Shown piece by piece: positions 34,701 to 45,700 of a DNA stretch of 64,000 nt. A model generated the notes under the pieces. The model saw only the letters and a list, made by a program, of their open reading frames with translations, ran no database searches and was not told the origin of the DNA. Position 1 is the first letter of the stretch. Every line of letters starts with the position of its first letter. Both the position numbers and the translations under genes were made by a program. The stretch is taken from positions 8,465 through 72,464 of IMG/VR virus record IMGVR_UViG_3300044728_000163. One strand, given 5' to 3'. The DNA comes from a virus. Taxonomy: Duplodnaviria; Caudoviricetes.

Positions 34701-37700
34701 CGATACCCTCCCGCGTATCGAACCAGATGCCAGCCTGTCCACCAGGGACGGAGCCAGCCCCGACGCTGTTGTAAAAGCCGACGCCCCACCATGATTCGAT
34801 CTTGATGTTGTTGTTGATGGGACCGACGCCATCAGGCCCCTGCCTGATGTAGTTGTTGTTCCCGTTGCTGACGAACTGAATGGCTTGCGTCATCGTCAGC
34901 GGCACGGTCAGGTAGCCATCGACCGTGCCAAGCATCCGATACCATTTGGCGTCGGTCCAGCCACCGTCTTGTTGTGAACGATACCAGATCGCGGGACCGC
35001 CGCCGCGGTCGCGGCCACCCATCATCAGTTGGTTGCGCCAACCCTGGTTGCTGTTCCAACCCTCCAGCACGAGCGCGCACTGGTCATACTGGTCATAAGG
35101 CCAGTTCAACCCACCGCTCTGATTGGTGATCTGGCGCAGCCCCATGAACGAATTCGATGGGGTGTTCATGTCGAACGCGACATTCCCATACCCAATGACG
35201 GCGGGCACCCAGTCCCAGACGCCAAGGCGACGACCGTAAGCCAGTTCATTGTTCGGCGCGTCGGTGGTAATCGGCGTGCGCCCATCGACATACCGCCGGG
35301 TCGCCGCTTCCATCGGCTGGGAGGGATCTTTGTTGAGGGTTACCGAACTGCCGAATGTCGTCGCGCCATCAATCGACACGAGGCCGGGATAGCGAACATA
35401 TATCACTGAAGTCCCGGCTCGATCCGCGAAGGCGAGATCGGAATTAACGCCGGGATGTCCCCTGAACAATCCGCCCCAGTTGGGATCGGTGTAGATGGAC
35501 CCCGGCCTGAAATCACCACCCTGCGTGGACCACGCGATGCCGCCGTTGTGCAGCGTCATGCCGTAGAAATAAATTCCGGTGGCGGCATGGATGGCGACAT
35601 TGTGCTGCGCGCCGTCAATGCGAATACCAAGATTGGATTCACTCCATGGCATGAGCGTGATGACGCCAGAGTTTGGGACACCCGTGCTAACGACGAACGA
35701 GACATCCCCGGCGACGACGATGCCGTTGTATGCTCCGGTCGCGTAATGGTTGGGCCAAATGTCTAAATATACCCCGCCAGAACTCACCTTTATCGCTGGA
35801 GAGAAATTCGTTTGCCCATTGAAATTCGTTGCTCCATTAACCGTTCCGCCGGTCAACGCGAGGTAGTTTCCACTGACCCATCCCCGCGACGCGAGGTAAC
35901 CCAGATCGTTCCCATCTACGAACAGTTTTAGCGCGCTGTCGGCTGTCCAGGTGAAAGCGATGGCGTTGCCGCCGCCCGCGACACCGTTGAAGGTGACTCC
36001 GAGTCCAAAGAGCCGCAGGATGGCGTCAGAGCGAAGAGTCGCCAACGTCTTCCATGTCCCGGTGCCGGTGACTTGCATGAAGTCGAAGCCAGCGGGTGCC
36101 CACGAACAACCGTTGACGAAAGAAACCTCCCCCCACCCACCGGACGAGTTCCAAAGCAGCCAGCCGCCACCGGAAGGAGGGATGGGATCGCCGTTGTGGC
36201 GATTGGTAAAGACGAAGTCACCGTTGGCCGCGAGTTGACCGCGAACGTCGAGGTTCTGCTGAATGGTCAACGATCCGGTCATCGTATCGCCATCGGCATT
36301 CACGAAGCGAGCATCGGCCTGCGCGGTCGTCAGGTAGTTCGTCTCGATCCACCGCTTGTTCACCGCGCTGGTCGGTTGCCATGGGTCTTGCGCCAAATAG
36401 ACGTGGCCGTTGAAACTCACATCGCCGCCGCGCCCTTCCGCGCGCGTGATAAACAACGCCTGACCAACGTAGTGGCCGTCGTTGCCGTAGGCGTGCATCT
36501 CGAAAGCAGACCCGGTTGTGCCGGTAGTGTCGGTTCCCTCGCTACTACCAAGGGCCAGACGCAACAGCCACCGCGCTCTCCCGCTGTTATATCCCCATAT
36601 ACTTGTCTCACCTCCGTTATTATTTAGGATCAGTCCCGCGTTACCCCCAGGAACACCGTCGATCTGGATGTAGCTGCTGACGTTCAATGGCAGATAAGAA
36701 TAAAGTTTGTCGCCGCCCCACACGCGGAGCAACAAGTTCCCACCAGCGTAGAAATCGTATTTATTGCTGGCGTCGAAAACATTGAAATTGAGTGTGCTGC
36801 CGGTCACGAGGATGCTGTAATTCTGCCCGGTTGGCGTGCCATAGAAGGTGATGCCACGCGAAGCATCCTGCGGGTTCCCAACGACCCCGTTGCCAAAGTT
36901 TATCCCTTGGTTGATCCACAGCGTGTTAACCGCCGAGACGCCGTTCCCACCACCGTCCAGATACACGCCGCCGCCTGGAGCGTACAACACCACCTGACCG
37001 GCGGTGTGTTGCATCACCAACCGCGTCGGCATGGTCCAGGCGAGTTGAACCTGAACATTGAACGCGACCGATCCGGCGATAGCCGTCAGACCGATGGGGT
37101 TGGCGCTCCCCGGCCCGTTGATGGTCATACGCTGGTGATCCATGCGGAGGTCGGTGACACCCCCACCGGACACCGCCAGCGCCGTGTAGGCATTGCCGTA
37201 GTCGTCCCTGAACCGGTCGCCGACGTTGACGCTGCCGCCAGGATTGGTGATGGAGACAAGCGACGGGTAACGCGAAAGGGAATTGATCTCGATGGTTTGA
37301 TCGTTGTTGTAGCGCGCGATCCCTAGCGCCTGGACCTGCACCCTGGCCCCGTTGCGTCCCTCCCTGACCGAGAGGCCGGTCATCTCGATGTAGCCGTCGC
37401 GCGTGCTGAACGCGATGCCATACATGCCAAATGGCATCATCTGGCCTGGGCAAGTGGTCGTCAGGCCGATGCCATGCCACGAACCCAAGGCGAAATTGAC
37501 GCCCAGATTGTCAGCGCGGTCCAGGCCCGTGCTGCCGATGAACATGCTGCCATTGAAGAAATTGACCCTGGTGGTCCCGGTCATCAAAATATCGCCGGTC
37601 ATATTGCCGCCGGTCAGCTTCAAATATCCCGACATCTGATCGTCAACGTACTTCTTGTTGACCGCTTGCATGTCCAAAGTCGGAGGCCGGGACAGGTAGA

Positions 37701-40700
37701 TGTCGTAGCCGTTATACATGCCGATGCCACCGGCATTGATCAGCATCACGTCCGCGCCGCCCACCAGGAACACATGGGAGGTGTTGACGTTGGTCGTGTA
37801 GTTCAGCCGCGCGTCGGTGATCGAGAACCCCATACCGGGCTGCCACAGCGTGATGTGACGCGAGGTATCGGTGGGGTTGCCGCTGGGCACCGACTGAGAA
37901 CCAAAGCTGATGCCGCCCTGCATCGTGCCGCCGGTCAGCTTTAGGAACGCTTTGTTATCGACGTAGTCCTTGCTCGCCGCCTGGGTGCCCGTGGTGGGAA
38001 TGCCATCCAGATAGAGATGGCCTTGCATCGTTCCGCCAGCGATTTTCAGATCGTTGGCGTCGAACCACTGCAATGTGTCCTGCACATTGTAGGTGCCCTG
38101 CACCGGTGGATCGACCGCCACCGCCGACGCGGTGAAGTAGACCAGGCCGAGCGGCAGGAAGATCCAGTCCTCGCCGTCGCTGATAAACCAATCGCCGCGC
38201 ACGTATTGCGAGGTGCCCGCTGGCATCGGCGGAATGTGTGTTCCAGAAGCTGGTGGAATGCCCGCCTCGACCACGATGAAGTAACTTCCCTTGACCAGCA
38301 AGGTCGGGTCGGGCAGCGGCCCGTTGGGAAGGTTCAGCATGGTTTTGTAGAACACTTCGTCGCGCGTGCCAGCCGGGTTCAGGTGCAACTGGCCAAAGAA
38401 CACCAGGTTGCCAGCGGCGACCGCCGATATCTGGTCCTGCAAGACCTGATCGGCGTTCCGCACATAGAACAACGGCGTCGCGTGTTCATCGACCGTGGGC
38501 GTCGTGTGCGGCAGGTACAGCATGCCGGTCAGCGCCATCCCAGATCCCGCCGTCAGCGGCAGGAACGGCCCGCCAGCGCGGTCCAGCACCCCATCGGCGT
38601 ACTTCCTCGTCGCCGCTTCCATGTCGGTCGTCGGCTCGCGTCCCAGCGTGACGGTGTAGAAGCCGTCGAAGGTCAGGCCGGTGGCGTCGAACCGGGCGAT
38701 GTCATTGCCGCCGCTGTTGAAATACGTCCAAACGGGGCTGACGATGTTCAGGCGGTTGTTGGTGACCGAGAGGCCGTAGCTGCCACCGAAAAGGTCGAGG
38801 TGCCGCGACAGATCGGTGGGTCTACCAGACGGCGTTGTGTCGCCGCCGAACGACAGGCCCACATACATCGATATCACCGTGCTGGAGAGCGCGACGGTGG
38901 TGATGCTGTCGTTGATGAAATACGAGGCCCCGGCGACGATGTTCATCCCACGGTAGGAGACGTTGATGCCGTGGTTCGGGTAGAGCGATATATGCTTCGT
39001 CAGGTCGGTGTTGTTGTTCCCGGTGATCGCGCTACCGAAACTGATCCCGCCGTTCATCAGCAGACCAGCGGGCTGGAACGTGCCGATCAGTCCGGTCCCC
39101 TGAATCAAAAACTGATGCACGCCATCGAGGCCGGCGACGTAGTTGAAGTGCGCCGGGTTAACCCCGTTCCACTGGACGTTGAAGCCGTAAGTGTGCTGCC
39201 CGCCGCCATCGTAAAGCAGGATGTGCTTCGACAGGTCGTAGTCGCCAGCTACCTGAAACTCGCCCAGGCTGATGCCCAGGTTCTTCATGTGCAGCCCGGT
39301 CGCATTGATCCGCGCTGTCTCGACCGTGCCCGCGATGAAGACGTTGTTCCCCGGCGCGTCGGTGACGTGAGACAGCATCCCGGTATTGGTGACCGAGATG
39401 CCGTAGCCCGCGTAGTGGAACCTGATGTGCTTCGACAAATCCCATGCATCGGTGACGGTCGCGCCGCCGAAATCGATACCGATGTTCTGCACGAACAACC
39501 CGGCCTGAGTGTAGAACCCGCCGGTTTTACGATTGACGCTGAACGATGAGCCAAGATAGTGCCCGTCGTCGGCGAAACGATGCATCGTCAGACCGGAGCC
39601 GATGTCGGTGCCGTCCTCGGCTGGATAGTTGTCCAGGGATAGCTGGAAGCGCGCGACGCTCGCGGCTTGCCACTGGAACCCGGTGCCATACTGAGACTGC
39701 TTCGCGCCGTTGACCGCGACCATGCCGCCGGTCCCGGCTGACGTGCCGACGTTGATGCCGCCATCAACGCTCATCCAGTTCTTGACCGTGACGCGTCCAT
39801 CCCACGCGCTGATCGCGAACGACTGCCCCAGGTAAGTCCCGTCAGCCGGGTTGTAGCGGTCGATCCAGAACGAGCCGCTGTTGCGAAGCTGCATGATCGC
39901 GCTGACGCCGTTCGGCATCCGCTGCCACCAGATGAAGCCACGGCTTTCCGACGTGTCGGAGAGGTTGTTGAAGAAATCGAAATCGACCATGCCGCCGTAA
40001 GACAGGCCCAGGCTGGCGCTGAAATTGGCCGGTGGCGGATTGCCCGCGTTGTTGGAATACCACGTCAGCGGAATGCCGGTTCCGTTCGACCCAGGCCACG
40101 CGATCTCCAGGCCCCCGGTCATCGTGTCGCCGGTTACATTCACGAAACGAGCGTCGGCCTGTGTGGCCGTCAGGTAGTTGGTTTCGATCCATCCGCGGTT
40201 GACGGCATGCTTTGGATAGACCGGATCGCGCCTCAGTTCCAGGTCGCCAGCGTTGTTGAGACTCAGCGTGACCACGCCGTTCATATCAACGAAGTGCGTA
40301 TCCCAGTTCGATACGATGTTGAGCGTGCCGCCCGTGACGCTGAATCCGGCGAAGCCGTTGTAGAGGTTGATGTGGCGCGAGGTGTCCTGGGCCAGGGCGA
40401 CCGTGTCGTTGCCCAAATTAAGGCCACCCGTATAGAGCCGCAGATGCCCGGTCTGGTCGAGGGTCATCCCGTAGTTGCCGCCGCGAACGTCAGGCCCCCA
40501 CTCGGCGCGGCCAGAGCCGTACACGCGGGAGACGCAGTAGCCGCCCAGGCCGTTGTTCGCCGTCAGTTCCCACAGGCTGCTACGGTCGCCAGCGGACCAG
40601 TCGTTCAGCGTCAGCAGACGGAACTCGCCACCGCCATGGTAGGCCGTGCCGTCGTAGCCGATGCCGTCCAGGTCAACGAGGACATCATCCGCCGTCAGCG

Positions 40701-42771
40701 CGCGTGGAGCCGCGCGCGGGCCTTCCGCCGAACGACCGGTGAAGCGCGGCGTGGATGAGTAGGCATTGAACACATCGATCAGGTAGCGAACCGGCATCCC
40801 CAGCGTGTCGGTGCCCGCCAGGACCACCACGCCGCTGTCCACGGGAGATGTGGCGAAGCCCGGTAACGGGCCAGAGCCGTAGTCCCAGATCATCGCCGGG
40901 ACGCCCTCGCCGGTCTTGGGGATCAGGATCGGCCCAGACCGTGACGTGGCGAGCGTGACGGGGGAGGTCGTGGTCGCGGCACCCGGTGTGATCACCAGAC
41001 TGTTATTGGTGGCCGCGCCGATGGTGACGGGACCGCCGCCAGGAAACGTGACGGCCATGGTGTCGCGAAAGGCCCGAATGATCTGGGCCAGGGGGTTTCC
41101 CTGGTTATCGAATGGCCGAATGTTCAGCGGGCTTCCGGTGGCCGTGCCGCTTTCCGCCGCGCCGCCACCCAGTTCGATAGACCAGCGCGGCACGCCGTTG
41201 CGCGCGGCCTGGATATATCCCGCCGCCGTTCCCGCGGCCAGGGCGTCGAAGGTCAGCGTGGGCCAACCGGTTGTGTAACGAATTTTCAACTCGCCGGTCA
41301 TTACGTCGCCGGTCTTCATCACATACCCACCGTTGGCGATGGGCGCGAAATTGTTCGTCACCCACCGCATCGGAACGGCTTGCAGACCCGTGGTCGGGTC
41401 GCCCATCAGATATAGCGGCGTGTAGGTTTCGATGGCCCCCGTGCCGCGTCGGATGACGAGCGGCGTCGGCGAGATCCAGTTACCGTCATCATCGAAACGG
41501 TTCATGATGTAGTCGGTGCCGACGTTGCCACCCGGCTCGCCGCCGCCCGTGCCGAACTCGATGCTCCAGCGCGGCTTGCCGTAGCGTTGGCTCTCGAAAT
41601 AACCGGCGGCGCTGGTCGCCGTCGTCGTGTTCCACTTGACCGCGGGCCAGTCGCCACCCGTGCCGATCACGCGGATCGTCGCATCCGTATCGCTGGTGAT
41701 ATAAAGCGCACCGGACATCTGATCGCCGGTTTTCTTTACATACCCGCCGCTCACGACCGGCGCGAAATTGCCATCGACGTAATTCTTGGGGACGGCTTCC
41801 CAGTCGGATGTCGGCGTGCGCGGCAGCGTGACCGGCACCTTCGCGTAGAGCCAGCCACCATCGGAGGACAACACGTTCGTGCTACCGGCGATCATGTTGA
41901 GGCTGTTGCCGGTGATATTAAAACCACCCCAGCCATCGAACAGCGAGATGTGCTGCGTCAGGTCCGTCAGGTTCGCGCCGAAACGCTGACCAAACGAAAT
42001 ACCGCCCTGCATCGTACCGCCAGACAGGGGCAGGAATTCAGCGGCGGTATCGCCCAGGACGGCGACGGCGACGGTGGTGTTGTTCGGCAGCGGAAACCCG
42101 GTCGCGCTGACCGGCGTGACGTGCAGGATGGTGTAGCCGCCCATGTCCTCCGCTGGCGCGGCGATGGTCCAGCGCGCGACGCGGCTATGATCGGCGATGG
42201 GCTGGATGCTGATCTTCTGGCCAACCTTGAGCGCCATCAGCAACAGCGTCCAATCGCGACCGGCGTTGCTCACCTGATCGACGTAGAGCGCCGTCGCGTC
42301 GCTCTGATTGGATGCGTTGAAGGTGATCGCGCCCGTGCCGGGATCGCCAGAGGCCATCACGGTCTTGATGGTATACTCCATGACCGTGACGCCACCGGAC
42401 GCGGTCGCGGCCATCAGCGTATCGACATAGGATTTCGAGGCCGCGTCCAGGCCTTCCACGGGATCGCCGACCAGGGAGAGATTGCCCAGCATCTGACCGC
42501 CGCTGATCGGCAGGAAGGGTCCGCCAATCGGGACGTGGCTATCGACGTAGCCCTTGGTCGCGGCTTCCTGGTCGAAGCGCGGGATATCATACAGGTAAAG
42601 CGGGCCGGTCAGCTGGCCACCGGAGGTCGGTAAATACGTGCTGCCGTCAATGGCCATTTGAAAGTCGCTGACGCGCATCGAATAAGTCTTCCCGTTGTGA
42701 ACAACGGGAATCAAATCCAGCGTCGGCGTGAAGCCGGTGTGCAGCGGATCGAGTTCGCTGATCTTCGTCAT
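31798..42771 (-). CDS. Giant modular tail fibre/adhesin (3657 aa) with C-terminal S74 chaperone
   Basis: Many YL(P/K)L(S/T)GGTMTG and PTxxxEAATKxYVD trimer-shaft repeats; C-terminal SDRRLKSNI...INRLTFHE...ALIADEVEEVIP followed by a coiled coil. Confidence 0.85.
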   Translation of the reverse strand: MTKISELDPLHTGFTPTLDLIPVVHNGKTYSMRVSDFQMAIDGSTYLPTSGGQLTGPLYLYDIPRFDQEAATKGYVDSHVPIGGPFLPISGGQMLGNLSLVGDPVEGLDAASKSYVDTLMAATASGGVTVMEYTIKTVMASGDPGTGAITFNASNQSDATALYVDQVSNAGRDWTLLLMALKVGQKISIQPIADHSRVARWTIAAPAEDMGGYTILHVTPVSATGFPLPNNTTVAVAVLGDTAAEFLPLSGGTMQGGISFGQRFGANLTDLTQHISLFDGWGGFNITGNSLNMIAGSTNVLSSDGGWLYAKVPVTLPRTPTSDWEAVPKNYVDGNFAPVVSGGYVKKTGDQMSGALYITSDTDATIRVIGTGGDWPAVKWNTTTATSAAGYFESQRYGKPRWSIEFGTGGGEPGGNVGTDYIMNRFDDDGNWISPTPLVIRRGTGAIETYTPLYLMGDPTTGLQAVPMRWVTNNFAPIANGGYVMKTGDVMTGELKIRYTTGWPTLTFDALAAGTAAGYIQAARNGVPRWSIELGGGAAESGTATGSPLNIRPFDNQGNPLAQIIRAFRDTMAVTFPGGGPVTIGAATNNSLVITPGAATTTSPVTLATSRSGPILIPKTGEGVPAMIWDYGSGPLPGFATSPVDSGVVVLAGTDTLGMPVRYLIDVFNAYSSTPRFTGRSAEGPRAAPRALTADDVLVDLDGIGYDGTAYHGGGEFRLLTLNDWSAGDRSSLWELTANNGLGGYCVSRVYGSGRAEWGPDVRGGNYGMTLDQTGHLRLYTGGLNLGNDTVALAQDTSRHINLYNGFAGFSVTGGTLNIVSNWDTHFVDMNGVVTLSLNNAGDLELRRDPVYPKHAVNRGWIETNYLTATQADARFVNVTGDTMTGGLEIAWPGSNGTGIPLTWYSNNAGNPPPANFSASLGLSYGGMVDFDFFNNLSDTSESRGFIWWQRMPNGVSAIMQLRNSGSFWIDRYNPADGTYLGQSFAISAWDGRVTVKNWMSVDGGINVGTSAGTGGMVAVNGAKQSQYGTGFQWQAASVARFQLSLDNYPAEDGTDIGSGLTMHRFADDGHYLGSSFSVNRKTGGFYTQAGLFVQNIGIDFGGATVTDAWDLSKHIRFHYAGYGISVTNTGMLSHVTDAPGNNVFIAGTVETARINATGLHMKNLGISLGEFQVAGDYDLSKHILLYDGGGQHTYGFNVQWNGVNPAHFNYVAGLDGVHQFLIQGTGLIGTFQPAGLLMNGGISFGSAITGNNNTDLTKHISLYPNHGINVSYRGMNIVAGASYFINDSITTVALSSTVISMYVGLSFGGDTTPSGRPTDLSRHLDLFGGSYGLSVTNNRLNIVSPVWTYFNSGGNDIARFDATGLTFDGFYTVTLGREPTTDMEAATRKYADGVLDRAGGPFLPLTAGSGMALTGMLYLPHTTPTVDEHATPLFYVRNADQVLQDQISAVAAGNLVFFGQLHLNPAGTRDEVFYKTMLNLPNGPLPDPTLLVKGSYFIVVEAGIPPASGTHIPPMPAGTSQYVRGDWFISDGEDWIFLPLGLVYFTASAVAVDPPVQGTYNVQDTLQWFDANDLKIAGGTMQGHLYLDGIPTTGTQAASKDYVDNKAFLKLTGGTMQGGISFGSQSVPSGNPTDTSRHITLWQPGMGFSITDARLNYTTNVNTSHVFLVGGADVMLINAGGIGMYNGYDIYLSRPPTLDMQAVNKKYVDDQMSGYLKLTGGNMTGDILMTGTTRVNFFNGSMFIGSTGLDRADNLGVNFALGSWHGIGLTTTCPGQMMPFGMYGIAFSTRDGYIEMTGLSVREGRNGARVQVQALGIARYNNDQTIEINSLSRYPSLVSITNPGGSVNVGDRFRDDYGNAYTALAVSGGGVTDLRMDHQRMTINGPGSANPIGLTAIAGSVAFNVQVQLAWTMPTRLVMQHTAGQVVLYAPGGGVYLDGGGNGVSAVNTLWINQGINFGNGVVGNPQDASRGITFYGTPTGQNYSILVTGSTLNFNVFDASNKYDFYAGGNLLLRVWGGDKLYSYLPLNVSSYIQIDGVPGGNAGLILNNNGGETSIWGYNSGRARWLLRLALGSSEGTDTTGTTGSAFEMHAYGNDGHYVGQALFITRAEGRGGDVSFNGHVYLAQDPWQPTSAVNKRWIETNYLTTAQADARFVNADGDTMTGSLTIQQNLDVRGQLAANGDFVFTNRHNGDPIPPSGGGWLLWNSSGGWGEVSFVNGCSWAPAGFDFMQVTGTGTWKTLATLRSDAILRLFGLGVTFNGVAGGGNAIAFTWTADSALKLFVDGNDLGYLASRGWVSGNYLALTGGTVNGATNFNGQTNFSPAIKVSSGGVYLDIWPNHYATGAYNGIVVAGDVSFVVSTGVPNSGVITLMPWSESNLGIRIDGAQHNVAIHAATGIYFYGMTLHNGGIAWSTQGGDFRPGSIYTDPNWGGLFRGHPGVNSDLAFADRAGTSVIYVRYPGLVSIDGATTFGSSVTLNKDPSQPMEAATRRYVDGRTPITTDAPNNELAYGRRLGVWDWVPAVIGYGNVAFDMNTPSNSFMGLRQITNQSGGLNWPYDQYDQCALVLEGWNSNQGWRNQLMMGGRDRGGGPAIWYRSQQDGGWTDAKWYRMLGTVDGYLTVPLTMTQAIQFVSNGNNNYIRQGPDGVGPINNNIKIESWWGVGFYNSVGAGSVPGGQAGIWFDTREGIGSFRQITLSRDPTANMDAVTRQWVVNNYAPIVGGGYVARTGDVMSGPLRINHASNNTSAQLWLSTPNMDGGQSRIRFGGNFVGNADQGARYVASIRSGFAGIGWGSEFLDVWITNQVNDDNTDARQSQIARFTMAGLSVSGYSWASGNIGGNAVVSNSGQFIMANNPAYYFERRNDGFWRFVEGNNPIFQVDPGGSATIYGNATFNGVSTFLNQPTVRGTNPQFNLDGPPASWRTIQWWSSGSPRWNIQAEYSNETGSNVGSDLILTRWTDTGTPGAILRFNRETGRMLMQGGPSSDTIQMTVPAGQSARYWSTVTNARTWSAGTRSDGLYVISDENAPAARFWIGTNGDAVFSNRLQVNGVLAVPNAGLTFGQRTAIGNNPLDLSQHIQLWEPNYGFSVTGGTLNIVAGGATNFYPTAGGLVASFNGNGITLSSTLTVTLGRDPTSAYEAATKQYTDNKFVAISGGNYVAKTGDSMTGALGVTNAITITAAAGNASTLWLVPVAGQPSQIIGNRGGLLHWNMQLGDGQAGDNFLIHRYNDAGTYLDAPFVLNRATGDASFNHAVFAYFVQARTASGGYIALQPAGVNNSGYVALFNNAGARTGYIGNTDTNWLYIQPENGPTGVLLGGNIHVVGTASVTSGVVYRSYAVNQIGFGWDGTNGLINLYVDGVYQHGIAARQWTSANFKNIGAYTPNQNVDNGAGPTFAGTNFIGDNVTKNVYNDGQYGHKYRWWSNSWLAMGWNGRVQCWIDGGAAYVELRDTRDPNGPNQNCDYGAGPTFSIVWCNNNGIVYSAWNGQAVALPWDGYSVAFRLDGGYQGRLLRSYDTGGGWTGCHQLMLNGNGTCGIWWPGDGFAGWSIVWSDRRLKSNIRPATIDALGQINRLTFHELDLLPPVPNAVSQHWDCALIADEVEEVIPLAVVKNNEGEGYAQIRELPLIATMARAIQQLTEQNVALMARMEQLEQRMH

Positions 42772-45700
42772 GCGGCGATCCTCGCGGGAGCGGTGGAATT
42801 TTGACGCAACTGCGTCGTGATCGTTTCGACCGCCGCTTTCAAATCCGCCAGCGAGGACACCAGTTCAGCCGTCTGGGAGCGCGTCTCGACCTGGAGGACC
42901 GACGCGGTGAGCGTGTCGGGTGCCACGTTGGCCACCGCGCCCAGCGCCTCGAGGACGCGTTGGAAGTCGCTGACGTAGGCCTCGCCCGAGCCATAGACGG
43001 CGCGCGAGGCGTTGAGGAATGTGTCGGCGTAGCCCTGCAGTTGCTGGATCGAGGTGTAGTCGCCCGCGCCCGCGGCACCGGAAACGGCATTGAACCGGCT
43101 GCGTGCCAGGCTGAGTTGGTCTTGCGGTGACAGCGGTGAGGCGTTGGAGGTCTGCAGCCCCTGCGCGTAGGCCACCAGCGAGGTGATCGACCCCGCCGCC
43201 GTCGCCGCCGCCGCTTCGCTTTTCGCCGTGATCTCGTCGGCGTACTTCTTGACGATGGCGAGCCGCTCCTCGCCGAGCGTGACCTCCAGCAACGACATCT
43301 GGTCGGCGTAGGATTGCGACGCGGTGAAACTTTCGCCGAACAGGCCGATCAACTGATCGCGGAAAGCCACCCGCTGGCGTGACGCGCTCAGATCGAAGCT
43401 GAACAGTTCCTTGTCCTGGGCGCTGGCCGATCCGGCGTTGACCCGCCGCGCGTTCAGATCCTCGTCAGCCGCGACCACGGTCTTCCACGCCGCCTCGATC
43501 TGTTCGTTGTATTTCCTGATGATGGCGAGACGCTCCGCGCCGAGCGTCCGCTCCTCCAGCGCCATCTGATCGGCGTAGGCCTGGGTGGACCGGAACGCCT
43601 CGCCGAACGAGGCGATCATGCCGTCGCTGAAATCTTCCCGTTCGCGCCGTGCCCGCACGTCGAACGAATACAATTCCTTGTTCAGGTCATCATAAGGGCC
43701 GGTACTCTTCGTGGCGGCGTTGATCCGCACGTTGAAGTCCTCATCCGCCCTGGTCAGGCTCTTCCACGCGGCGGTGATCGCCTCGGCGTATTTCCGGACG
43801 ATCTCGGCCCGCTCCGCGCCATGCACCCGCTCCATCAGGTTGATCTGATCGGCGTAGGCCTGGGTGGTGCGGAACGCTTCGCCGTAGATGCCGACAAGCT
43901 GGTCGCCGAACTGTCGCGTCTCCCGGTTCGCTTTGACATCGAAGGCGAACAGTTCCTTGCCCTGCGCGTCGCCAGGCGTGGCGTTGGACAGCCGCACCGC
44001 CAGATCCTCATCGATGTCTCGGATCTGTCTTTCCGCCGCTCTCATCTGTTCAGCGGCCTGTCTGACGAGGGCGACGCGCTCCGCTCCCAGCGTCTCCTCC
44101 AGTTGCCGCATCTGATCGGCGTAATAAGCGGTGGAGGTGAACGCGTCGCCGAACATACCGACCAGTTGTTTCTTGTAGGCATCGCGCTGTTGGTCCGCGC
44201 CCTGATCGAAACTCGCCAGCGCGATGGCGCGCGGGTCTTCGCCGTTCGCCTGCATCCGGCGGATGCGGAGCGTGGTGTCGAAGTCGCGGATCTGGGCGTT
44301 CGCCGCGTCGCGGATCTTCGCCTCGCCCGCCGCCTGGGCCTTGGTCAAATCCTCGGTCGCCAGGCCGTATTTCTTCGACCCCTCGACCGCCGCGTTGAAC
44401 GCGTCGTTCAGTTCCTTGACCGCCGCCTCGACCGTCCCCGTGGTCTTGCCGAAATTCATCAGTGTCGGAATCGTGTTCTCGACCAGGACATGATAGTCGG
44501 AGATGGCTTTCTGGAGCGTGGCGCTGTCGGGGAAGCTGGTGCGCTGCAAGTAAGCGTTCAGCTTTGGGTCTTCAGATTTGAAGCGTAACTGATCGAAACC
44601 GGTAGCCAGATCCTTGAATTTCGTTGGGTCTTGGTAACCATACGGCGTGTTCGATCCAAGCTGACCAACGTCACCCAGCGAGGACAATTTCAGCGATACC
44701 GAGTCGAGGTAGCTGTTCAAGGCATCCACATCCTTGATCGCCTGGGTGCGTTCCGCGTCGGTATCGACACCCTGGCCAATCGTGCGTCCGATCACGGCGT
44801 GACCATCGGCGATGTCGATAAGCGTACTGCTGTAGGGGCTGGCTTTCTTGGGACCGATGAAGCCACCCGCGCCGCCGCCCAGAGTACCGCCCAGGATGCC
44901 GCCGATCAGTGCCCCGAGCGGATTTCCCCCGGTGATCAGGAAGCCCGCCAGCGTGCCCATGAGGGCACCCGCGCCCGCGCCAATCTCGGGGGCGGGACCG
45001 GTCGTGCCGCGCGCTCCCTGGATACCCTCACCCGCCAGAGAGCCAAGCACGAAGCCGCCCGCGATGCCGCCGCCGATGCCAGCCAGTGAGCCGCCGACCG
45101 TTGAACCAGCCGCGCCATAGCTGCCGAACAGGTTGCTGGCGGGTCCACCGAGATAATTCGTGATGGGAGTGAAGATCGTGCCGCCGCCCTTCGTGGCCCA
45201 CAAAGAGCCGCCGGGACCGCCAAGCGCGCTGTTGATCGAGCCGCCGATGCCTTCCTTCAAACCGAACAGGTCGGCGAGGGTGCCAGCACCCGAAGCGTAG
45301 GTGCTAAGCGAACCGCCAATGCCGTTGGTCGAGCGGCCAGACGTATCGTCGGTCACGCGGCCACCCGCCGCGCCGCCACCGGCGAAAATCGCGTTGAGGC
45401 CTTCGAACAATTCCGGTTGCCTGGGGCCGATGCCAAGGTAATTGAGGAAGGGACCGACGAACGCCAGTTTGAGGAAGGCCTGGAGAACTTGTTGCGCGGC
45501 GGCAACCATGACGTTCTTCCAGTTCACCGCGGCACCCTGACCCGATATCAGCGCCTGGGTGATCGAGTTGCCAATGGTATCGAACGCCTGGGTGAACGCC
45601 GAACTGACCGCGGTGACGGACGCCTCGATGTTTTTCAGCGCCAGGTTCTGGCGCGCCAGGTCATCCAGTAATGACTGCCGTTCCGCTTTGTCTTCTTTTT

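Noticed and set aside
38017-39549. Long plus-strand ORFs opposite the fibre and TMP (also 47646-49106, 41587-42633, 49194-50270) and opposite dcm (4559-5572)
   Set aside because: Antisense shadows of GC-rich coding sequence with no recognisable motifs or operon context.
26230-42771. Diversity-generating retroelement acting on the fibres
   Set aside because: No reverse transcriptase (no YxDD protein) and no near-identical template/variable repeat pair differing at adenines was seen.
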